Shown here piece by piece: positions 14,372 to 25,601 of a stretch of 64,000 nt of DNA. The notes beneath the pieces are model-generated. The model was not told the origin of the DNA. It did not search any database and saw nothing but the letters and a program-made list of their open reading frames with translations. Positions within the stretch are counted from its first letter, which is position 1. Each line of letters starts with the position of its first letter. Made by a program: the position numbers and the translations under genes. The DNA lies in the NCBI GenBank assembly GCA_977030845.1, contig OZ365110.1, positions 40,300,001 through 40,364,000 on the forward strand. Reading direction: 5' to 3'. Source of the DNA: Fimbriosthenelais zetlandica (lineage: Eukaryota).

Positions 14372-17300
14372 CTGGAAATAAAACAAGATTTGGTTAATTT
14401 CAGAGAAATATCCTTTGTATATAGAGTATATCATGCCAGCTTTCAAATGAAAAATTTGGCCACAAGCACTCGGGTCATAGTCACACTAGTTTTTATATGT
14501 AATACCTCTTTCCCTATACTACATACAAAACCCAAAAAGTGGCTTACAACCCTAATGAGAATGAATAGGATGGGTTGCATTTGAGTTTTATGTGGGGAGC
14601 AGGTCTGATGGCTAGATTAGAGCTATTCTGAGATTCCACCATTCCCTAGACGCTACTATTACATAACCCATGCCAATGATCCAAATTGATCCCAACTTGA
14701 CCTCTTACAAGGGTGTTAAATATGAATATCAATAGTTATACCCGTGACAACTGCCATCAGCCATCAATATAGCCACCAGTCTTGGATTTAGATATATATA
14801 TCGGGGGTACATTGGAAACTGCTCGTATATTTTGAAATGCTCATGTGGGAGTAATATAGGTTATTTCTGCAGCACAACCCGGGTATATTTAAGTGTGAGC
14901 AGGTCTGGTCAGACTGGGTACTACCCTTATGTTGCATAACCACTCCTGAACCAGTCTCAATATTTATGCAGCAGTATGGGGCCGGGCGGGCTGGAGGCAG
15001 GGACTGGCCTTGTGCTATCGTTGGTATACGACCGAACACAGAACTTGAAGCTTTGGTTTCCCCTATTACAAGTTCTCCTATTGCCTATTATATTTCTATA
15101 ATCCAATCCAATCCATAGATCCAAGTTTATGTAAAACCTTCTCCCTCTTATAAACATGATTAATTCGTTTATTACAGAGCAACACAACATGCATTGACTC
15201 GTACACCGCAATCTAATTTAGAAAGGAGACTCCAGTGTAAACACCGAAAACTTAATTTCCTCTCGGACCTTAATATTTGTTACAACCAATCAAGATTGTC
15301 AAACTTTCACATTTTAGAAATAGTTCAAATTTACCAATGGTCATTGCATTTATTCGTAGGACACCTATTTCAGTGCTCATACCATATTTAAATTCAATAG
15401 GTCTCAATTTACAATTCGATAGGTCTAAATTTATGACGAAAAATATTAGCATGCATGTGATGTTCCTATAGGTAGTTCCAACTCCATGGAAAAATGACCA
15501 ATTATAAGACAGATAGGTAGATATCATGGCACATGCTATTATGAGAGAATGGGGACAATGGAGGTGGAACAAGGGCATTATTGGGGCCTGTATTGTATGT
15601 GTGAGTGTGGAGGGATGTTCAGTTTCTATTTAGGTTCACCGTTATTCAGGTATAGCCCTGGGCACCTTACTATACTATAGTCCGAGACAAGACTCCAATA
15701 ATTGCTGACCGAATTCCATGACCGTCTCTATTCTATAGCTTTCACTCAACACTCCTACAGTAAAAACTTGTTCCTTTTGCCTTTCGAACTATTTTTATTT
15801 TATTTCCTATTATCCTATTTTATTTTCTATTATCATAGGCACGCTTTTGATAAAAAGAAATATTGAAGCTTATTTTTATAAGACCAAGGCCCATATTTCT
15901 TCCTCAGTTGAATATTTATGGCACTTTTGAGTTATTATATACCTCTTTACAACTGGCAATGTTTTGAATATAAGAGAAGTAGAACAAAGTGCTCATCTAC
16001 ATACACCAAATAGTGGGGGTCTGATCAATGGACCAGGTGGACAGTGGTCCTACTCGCCTTTTGTTCACAATCACCCACTGACCTCCATACACTCAGTATT
16101 GTCCTGCCATAGCCCCGGTCTTTTCTACATTAATCAGTATCTTTACATTCTATGAACAACATCATGGCTTTCAGATTTAAGGGATAAGTGAGCGGAGTGA
16201 GAGAATTGAATTTGGCGTGCCATCTAACATTGATGGTGGCACGGCTCTGCTTTTCGCACTTCGCAGTGAGGTTATTTAGACAAATATCACTGAATCAAGA
16301 ACTGAATTGAGTTTAAGAGATTAAAAACGTTTTATGCATGGTCCAAGATGCCATGGTTTGTAGCAGAAAGCTGGCTTCGTCATCATATAGATCGTCAATC
16401 ATATAGATCATATATATGTGTAACCATTCAGAGATATATTTACCTGAGATGACAAACCAGGAAATGACGAGAATATTCAAGGAAGTAAAGTGTTTACGAT
16501 CAGTGCTTTGGGGCCATGGATGCAGTAGAGGCCCGGGCCACCATTCTATTCAACCATTGTTTACACATAACTCTCCGAGTAGGCCAATGGAAAGCCATCA
16601 ACATGGAGAGACTTTCTATCATTGTTCACTGGTCATTAGGCGGGGACGTGCTCAAACAAATGATCTGACCTCAGATTTGACCTGGTCAGGAACGCTCCGT
16701 GTGTATACATGTGAATGTGTATCGCCTATACGTGTGTGTGTGCGTGAGGCATATTATGATACAGAGAGAAACCAGAAGTGGACATTCCGTCACAGAATGG
16801 TCAGTATGAGTGGATGGACTGACCATCGGATTCTCACTGACACACATACATAATACACAGCGCCCACATTTGTTTATATCTCAATTTTTTTTCATTTTTG
16901 TTTTACATGAGGCCTTCCACACTTTACATGGAAACACCTCTAGTAATCCATGTATAGTTGCTCAAAATTCTGTCAGCTACAAAAGTAAATTAACGTCAAA
17001 ATGGAAATGGTCGAGATGGACATTGGTAATTGCTTATAAGAAATAGAACGGAAGCATTTCTTTCGATATTCCTCCATTTTCTCCTTTGCTATCCTCTATA
17101 CAACTGGCTTCCAGCCCAGGTTAGCATGCCTACTCTCCTTGCGTTTATCGACAATTGTTTCGATATTTGCACCATCATATTTTAAGGGGTAATGACTGGG
17201 AAAACAAGCATGAGCTTTTTCCTAGACTAGGAAATCAATAGGATGTAACATCATGACTGATTAATGGAGAACATGGAGAGCAGTTCATAATATGACACAA

Positions 17301-19224
17301 GAGTCCAAGTGAGCTCCTCCCACAGCGGCCAACATAACACATTTATTATGCAACTCACTGTCACAATTTTCTCACAATAATCAATTCTGATCATGTCCTT
17401 TCCATACCATACACACCATAATGTCGGTATTTCGAGAAAATACCGACATTAAAATAAGACAAGAAGCTAGTGGCCTTCATCTTAAACAGGATAAAGAGAT
17501 TCTACTGACGAATTATTGTCTGTGGTAAAATATTTTTGAACTTATCTATATAAATAGTTCCCAATCTTTCAGTATACACATAGTCATATATAATTCCATC
17601 ATAATATATTCTATGTCATTATGCAATCAGTCCTAGAGCAGTACAGACAGGGATTCCACACCAATGAATCCATTGTATACAGGCCCGGTATGACTATAGG
17701 GAACCTCTGTTTTCGTGCTGGGTTTCAGTGAAGGAAACCCAATGGATCACCAGGCTTGAAGAGGCTTGTCCATTGACTGGCCTGCCTCTGATGGTAAAAT
17801 ATGGGTTATCCACCATTGTTATAACCCTGATTTTAGGCCAGCTTAGTTTGGTAACCTACAAACTTGTAGAGGTGTACGTGACACAAAACCACCAACAGAA
17901 ACTGGTTTAAGTGTACTGTGGCACAGAAGCAGGAACAGAAACTATTATAATTTCTAGCCTGAACCACATGTATTCAATAGTTCGGTCCCTAGGGATGGAG
18001 AAACTTTGCTTCTTCTCTATTGTAGCATATCACAAATCATCAAATAATAGCACTGAAAGTGTCTTTATTAATTTACACAAGGCTCAATTTGGACATTTTA
18101 GGCCAACCTATTCAATGATATCCACATAGGGAAAGCCAAAGTGCATGTCTAAAAGACGTATACATTACCATTACAGCCTGAGGACTGCGAACAAGTCCAA
18201 TTACACGGAGAGAATGAATCCCTTGGAGCCTTTAATTATGACAGGGCGATACAGAACCTATGACCTCTCCATTAACACTTACGGTCCAGGGACCGAGGGC
18301 GAGACTTCACTTACCATGTCAAAGACCAGGTCCTTTGTCATTCTGATGCAAAACATCAAGTGTTAATGGTGTGGGGTGACTGAGATCAAGCTATCAATTA
18401 GCTGACGTTTAATTAGGTCTTCCTTGTACTTACATGCACATACACAAGTTTTGGTAACATACACATCTATGCTATGGTCTGTTTTAGGCCCATAGACTTC
18501 GCCGGGCTCCCTATATTTGCTAATTAAATTAAACATGATCAATTTATTGACCTGAAACTCCGTGATTTTCATTCTGAATTTCAATATTTTTTAATCAAAT
18601 TTTCAAGATATTTCGATTTTTGCTACGTCATCGCTACCACATGACAATAGAGGTGACATGAATGAACACTCAGCACTCGAGGTAGGAATTCTTTAGTGTA
18701 TACAGCTTTGAATTGTCTACAAAGAAATGTGGGGTTTGGAATGAAAGGTTCATTTATACTAGTCATGGTGTTAGGTTTGTATAGATATATGCCTCATTAG
18801 ATCGCTCCGGAAGCATGAAACTGATACAAGGCATGCTACAGTGACTGCATCTCAGCTATGCAATATTCAATTTTCTATAGTCTGATAAATTATTTGTAAG
18901 AAAATTGATTTTATTTTATAAATTTATAATCTGCCATCTGAGTCGAAAAAACAATTTCCCATATAACATTCTCTCATATTTTGTATTTATCTTCCTCAGA
19001 TATATATTTTTTAAATGGATTTACTAAAATAAATGCAAGAACAATTTTAGATACTGAGTGATGCATAGTACCTTGGTAAAGACCGAATAATATTTATCAT
19101 GGGTGGATGCAATCAGTTCAATATCAGAGGGGAAAAGGTGCGTTAAATATAGATAGGCACGCTAGTGACGCAAGAAATGATGTATATCTGTTAAGAAGTA
19201 TTTATCTTGTCCAGACTTTATGGA

Positions 19225-19385
19225 TGAGGGAGGGAGAGCGAGGGGATAGGGAGAGAGGTAGAGAGGTAGAGAGAGAGAGATGAGTGAGAGCAAGGAAGGT
19301 GGTAGGGGGAGTGAGATAGAAGAGGGAGGGGAGAGTGGATGGGGGAGAGCGAGATATAGGGGGTATAGGGGAGAGAAAAAGAAGG
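19225..19385. repeat. GA-rich purine tract
   Basis: Strongly A/G-biased low-complexity sequence on the plus strand. Confidence 0.85.
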
Positions 19386-22319
19386 AAATGAGTCTTGGAT
19401 CTCGGGTATAGGTGATAGATCATAAGCTAACCACTGGTGACAGATTGAGTCAGTGGTAGTTAAGTTAATGCGTCCCCCAGTGAGTCGGGGAGAGCATTAT
19501 TTTATCTCACTCATTACTTTATCTGCTAATTACTTGAATTAATGATCACGACCCGGAGACGGTCCAAAATCAGTGTCAAGCCATAAGAACTATTAAATAC
19601 ACACAAACCTGATGCCCCCTTTATCATGGATCTAACCTCTGACATCTGTCCCAATTTTTCCCAATTTTTGTATTTTTCTAAATAGGACGCCTGTCAAAAA
19701 GCAATATTTTATGTATCGGGAGTATATATAAAAAGTCCTATCGCTTTCCGTTTTTTTCATGGAGAAGGGCATGTTTTGAGGGGAGATCACATGCTAGGGA
19801 TGCATCAGACACAACAAATTTCTAGAGAAACATGTCAGGGCTGCAGGAGGCGATGTCAGATTATTAGTAGGTGGTAAGGAGGGGGAATGGCAGGGAGTAC
19901 AAGGGCACGTGGCTGGGGGTAGTAAGTGTAAGCAGATGGGAAGTTACATGTTGCCTCATACCCCTCCATCTCCCTCACCCTCACACCTAGCCTGAGGTGT
20001 ACATGTATATAGCCCCATGTAGCAAGCGTTATGATAAGACTTAGAGGTGTGACATATGTGGAGGCTATATGGTCCACCTACCACAGGGCTGAGTATGTGA
20101 GGGTCAAACCCCATAGGGGACAAGGACCGCTCAAATTCACAGAGCAAAACGTACTGCTATTTCATTACATTTATTTATACTAAAATATCTTGTTTCAAAC
20201 ATGATAGTTCACATATTTTTTTCTCAACAAATGATTCATTATTTCCCCAAACTTACTAAATGGAAATCACAATGGGTGGTTTTTTTAATTAAATATTTTA
20301 AATTATATTTTCAAGTATAAAAACAGCAAGGAATCTGAAGGGTATGAAAAGGCATTATGGTGAGTAATTATATAATTATTTAAAATAGAAAATAAGATAT
20401 TAAAGCATTGGGCGGAGACTAGAGAGATCATCACAGATCATCTTCATGTCTGTCGGAAATAAATCTACCAAGAAAACATCTGTCCAACATGTTCACCCCT
20501 CCTCATCCACCAGCAAGTAACAAAGCCACCTGAAGGGGGTAGAAAGCTGGGGGAATAACCCCTCGCCCCGAGGGCTTCTTTTCATTCTTGACAAGGCATT
20601 TAACCCTCACTATAATAAATTTTCCCCATCTTCAAGCCATCCCTATCCACCCCCATACCTACCACCCGGAAAAACGGCCACGCGCCTGGCCTTCACTACC
20701 TCCAATAGGGGAGGTTAATTCACTTACAACTATGTACTCAATTATGTTCTCACTATTCTCAATTGGGCAGGAGGGGGGGGGGGGGTATAGATGTTGAGGA
20801 AGAAACTAATACTTTATCAATGGGTCCCTGTTCGTAGCCTAAAGCAGATGCTATTCAAATTACGTTTATCCGTAACATGTCATTTCAAGGAAATTGTTTG
20901 TCGTAAAATGTTAATTAATTTAAGAGAAATAGACATAATTTGTTTTAAATTTTTATAGTAAATATGTATTATTAAAAACACTCAACACAGTGGTAGTAAC
21001 ATATACTGCTATAATAATTGTCTGTACATATATATTCCCCACTATTAAGCCCTAGGGCTGAACAGAAAACGGATAGGAAATGAATGAGCCCAGTGCCATT
21101 ACTCCTACTGTCAGTGACAACAGCTTATATGTATAGTGACAAAAGTCACCCCCCCTATTCCCCTATATCTACCCTACCCTGATCCCTTACTTCTCACACC
21201 CACTAATTCCCCTTAGTCAGGCAATGAGTACACCACACATGAGACAACCCAGAGGTGTGTGTGTGTGTGGGTGGGGTGGAGGGGGGGGGGGGGCTAAAGG
21301 GTTAAACATATATACGCCAGAGTGATAATTGAATTTGGATGATAAACATGATTGGTCTTGAGATGCTTTTAACTGAGGATACAGTTTCATTTAAAATTTA
21401 AAATTAAAACTTTCATGAACTTCAGTTGGGATGGACATCACCATTATCTTGATTGATTGCTCTATATTCAACGATGCATTCCAGCACGATCGCCTTCAGT
21501 ATTAAGAGGGGATGCAAACTGAATAATGAATGTTTTTATCGTCTTGTTATCCCTGGAACAGTTAATGCTTGGTAACAATGCATGACACTGATCCATCAAT
21601 GGTGTTAAGAAATAAAATTGCGTGTAATATGTTGACCCCTCTTTTATTTATATTAGTCAGTGATAAAATAGCATTAGTTTTAAAACGGGGTATAACATGG
21701 AAGGAGGTTGAAACATATTACAATGGAAAATTCAATTTAAAATTATTTTTCCATGGGTTTAATATAGCAACTACCAATGATCACTATATTGTATAGGCGA
21801 GTCTTCGATATCGAAATTGTATTTGAAATCTTTCTCCGAGTTTCCTAGAGGAACTCGCTTGATACAACAGGCAAGTCATCAATATAGAACTGGTAAACCT
21901 GGTGATTTTTTTTATCATATATATACGTGATATATCGAGAATATATGGCTGAATGACGAACATTTTTCATCAGAAATATTCAATGACTTTTTATAAGTAC
22001 AAATCTCAATGAAAATCAGGTATAATTTTTACTGTAAAAAGGTTGAAATACATGTAACATATAGAGGAGGGTGGGGTAATAATGGATGGGTTAGGAGCTT
22101 GTCACTCCGTCCCTAGTACCATCCCATCATATTCACAGATACAACCATATCCCCATTACCGCTGCTACTGGCCCCGGGCCGTCCAGGTGAACTCTCACCC
22201 CTGACCTCCACCCCCTGACCTCCTGCATTGTGACATCATTATTGTCAGTGCTATGATAAGTTTGGTTCAGAGTGGGATCATTCTAGAGTGGTATAGAACC
22301 ATGCTACATGTAACTATAT

Positions 22320-22463
22320 NNNNNNNNNNNNNNNNNNNNNNNNNNNNNNNNNNNNNNNNNNNNNNNNNNNNNNNNNNNNNNNNNNNNNNNNNNNNNNNNN
22401 NNNNNNNNNNNNNNNNNNNNNNNNNNNNNNNNNNNNNNNNNNNNNNNNNNNNNNNNNNNNNNN
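22320..22463. other. Assembly gap (144 N) next to a GA-rich tract
   Basis: Run of N in the sequence. Confidence 1.
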
Positions 22464-22680
22464 GGAAGAGGGGAGGCCGAGGGAGAGGGAGAATGAGAGA
22501 GATGGCTAGAGAGGCAGAAGGAGCGAGGGAGAGAGAAAAGAAGGGGAGAGAAGAGTAGAAGAAAAAATGGGGAGGGGAGAGGAAAGAACAGTTGGGAGGG
22601 ATAGAGAGGGAGAGTCAGGAGAGGATGGAGGGAGAATGGGGGAGGAGAGGATGGGGGGAGAATGGGGGAGGAGATATCCA
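22464..22680. repeat. GA-rich purine tract abutting the gap
   Basis: Nearly pure A/G on the plus strand. Confidence 0.9.
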
Positions 22681-24055
22681 AAAAGGATGAGACATGAATT
22701 ACATACAGTTTAGGATAGTTGGTTGAAGGTGGGTGGGGGTGGATCAGGGGAGATGAGGGAGGGTGGCCGGGGGTCAGAGCAGATATTGCCGACCAACATA
22801 GATGGAATGCTTTATTGAAGCAACAGATGGTCTTGCCCGTGCCTATACCTCCAATAGTTCCATACACCTAAATACCGACGATGCAACGATATCGCCTTTA
22901 GTTTGAAAACTTTATTCTTTTCCATACAATTCTGAATTGAAACAAAGCTTCGCTAGAAACTGTTTCTATTTTGTATTGGTTTTTATTGTCCAAAATGTTT
23001 CAAAATGTTTGGTCATTCCCTCATCACTCTGAAGGGACTTGATCATGACCATGATCAATTTTCCCCCCAATAGTGCAGTTTCTGTAATTTCATTGTTTTC
23101 CCGTCTAAAAATATTCAATCCACCAGTTGCACTGAACCTACATTTCCTCCTCGGGTTGAAGTATTGGAATGGGGAGATTAAGACCCGGGGACCCACGATA
23201 TCTCACCAGCCTAGAGATAATCCATCTAAACCCATCCTACCTCTCTCCTCCACTTCCACCACCTCTCTTATTTTCTCAGATGGCGACCATCAGACCATTT
23301 TCAAACTCCTCCCCTCACTGAAAATACACATGTCCAGTGCTTGACCACTTGAGCTTCTATCCAATGTAGGGTCAAGCTGTCGGGCAGCACGGGTCAATCT
23401 ATGACCACTGTTACATGGGTTCGGGTTTCTGTAGGAGGGGGATGGAAGGGAGGGTGGGCGAATAATAAACAAGGAGAGGGCAGCTCATCAGTGGTCTATG
23501 GTTTACACTGTCTGATTATTTGAACTGTCTTCTTGCCCGGTAATTGTCAACACCCGCCGCTAGGGGCGTGTAATGCCTGGCCGCCCACACGTGGCCCCCT
23601 GGCGCACATATACATCAACACAATTTACCGAGGCCAGATTGGGAAAGCCGGGCTCGGGTTACCCCGGTTACCTCGAGGCCATGATGAGAGGTGGGTATAG
23701 GGTCAGGAGTGAGGCTATTGTCCCACAGAGGGAGCAGATATACAAAGGTTCTTATCTCTACCATATGATGGCAACTTTTAAAATTAAGCTCAGGGGGATG
23801 TGCGTGTGGCCATTATTTAATAGTGGGAATGTATTCAATTGTTTAATTAAATTTAACAACTCGAAGTCGGGAATGTGAGATCGCCCTTAGTCAGTTACTT
23901 AGTGCAATCTAATATAGGGACAACATTCCATCTTCCTTTTGAAGTTACATGTATGTAATTCACTTGGAATTTGAAAGAAAAATGAATAAAAACAAACTGT
24001 CACAGTAAGTTCAACTGAATGGAGGCAAAGGATGAGAAGTTAAGATGTAACTGAC

Positions 24056-24211
24056 CTGTAATTCTTCCTTGACTCGCCTCTCCTCGTCCATCGTCATTCT
24101 CTTTTCATGTTTCTTGTAGTATTTGCGCTTTGCTGCCTGTAGGTTAAACCAGGTGTAGGAGAATGCCTTAACATGCGGCAGCAGCGCCTCAATAAATGGA
24201 TGAAACTCATC
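24056..24211 (-). CDS. NFI: Nuclear factor I, N-terminal part of the DNA-binding domain, 156 nt, phase 0 to phase 0
   Basis: Not in the ORF track frame; I translated it by hand as [52 protein letters not shown]. Acceptor atatttcag|GAT and donor TTACAG|gtcagt. It joins in frame to the 14371 exon. Confidence 0.98.
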
Positions 24212-25560
24212 CTGAAATATGAAATAAAAAATACATTAATCAATGCAATTCTAATCTTTATATCAATGCAATGTGAAGAAACACACACGATACAAAATGA
24301 AATGATCAACGACACTTCCAAATTCACACCTCACAATAGTTCCTCTGAGAAAAAATGGAAAAACTAATAAAATGCATCTGGAGACAAAATTAATATCAAA
24401 TGCAAGACACCTGATTGATTTCAAAAGGAGAAATCCATGAAGTCAGAAATCAATCAACTTTTAACATTTATACTAACTGCATTTGGGAACATGGATACAC
24501 ATGAGAAGGACACATGAAGGGATCCCACGTGTTAAAGGTAGATTATTTATACTAGTGTATAGTGGGTTTGTGAAGCATAAATCCTGGGGAAGCCCGTCTT
24601 TGTGATGTAGAGATCAAACTTGGGTTTCTGTGAATGGCTTTACTCTGGTCGAGTAGGACAACGACTAAAGTCAAGCCACAACAAGAATATTCTATTTAAA
24701 CGGTACAAGGTACAGTTACCGCAATTATATCACAATTATTGATTGACATAATGTACTTAAGCTATTTAGGGTTACGACTTGGTAAAATATCACGATTATT
24801 TCGTCGGAAAATCACGTTTTGCACTGCGCATTGAAGGGCGTTCCAGGCAGAAGCAAATTGGTGTGAAATTCTTGGCATTTTTTTTTTTTTTTGTGACATG
24901 GGCGAAAGCCACAGGTTTCCTCATAGAATAGTTAAGAGTAGTATTAATATGTTCCTATGGCCTATATCAAGGAAGTGGAAGTGGAAGTTATACTGTAGGG
25001 CTCTTCGCTCTTTGAATTCGCATTAGAAAAGCTTAGCTAGAATGCATTGGCAAAATAGTTTATACATTCATCTAATGTACGTAAATACATGAAAATTACA
25101 TGTTCAAAATATTTAAACATTTTAAACAGAGTTGTGTCACCAATTACGCTTTTGCTGATAGTAATCGAGGGACCCTTTCATAAAAATAGGCCTGTCATAA
25201 TCCCAGGTTTACCATTGACAAATGGTGGGTAACTTTTCTGCAACGGGCCCCTGACCACAAAACACAATGTGCAATGGTATAGACTTACACCATTGGGTCT
25301 GAGAACATAATACTGAATGGTTGGTACTATAGAGGTGGTGGTTGAATGGTGGTGAATATGTGGGCCATTTTACAGTCCGTCCATGGGTCTGGAACCTGCT
25401 GCACCCACCAAATTGGTTAACATGGGAAATGTTATGTAAGACTGAGGGTGAAGTAACCCAGATGTAGTGCTATGACATGGGGAAATATTCATACATGTAT
25501 AGACCACATTCACAGTATTACTGACTGAATGAATATCTATTACGGGTGAATGAATATTAG

Positions 25561-25601
25561 TTTAACGTCCAGTCCGCAATTTCTCATCTATCTCGAACAG
25601 G
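25561..25601 (-). mobile_element. Short tail fragment of the same SINE family, copy B
   Basis: TTTAACGTCCAGTCCGCAATTTCTCATCTATCTCGAAC resembles the ends of copies C and D. Confidence 0.45.

Noticed and set aside
13986-14381. ORFs 13986-14345 (-) and 14064-14381 (+)
   Set aside because: Shadow frames of the NFI DBD exon.
22253-22867. Long ORFs of 101 and 187 aa
   Set aside because: They span the N gap and a low-complexity purine tract.
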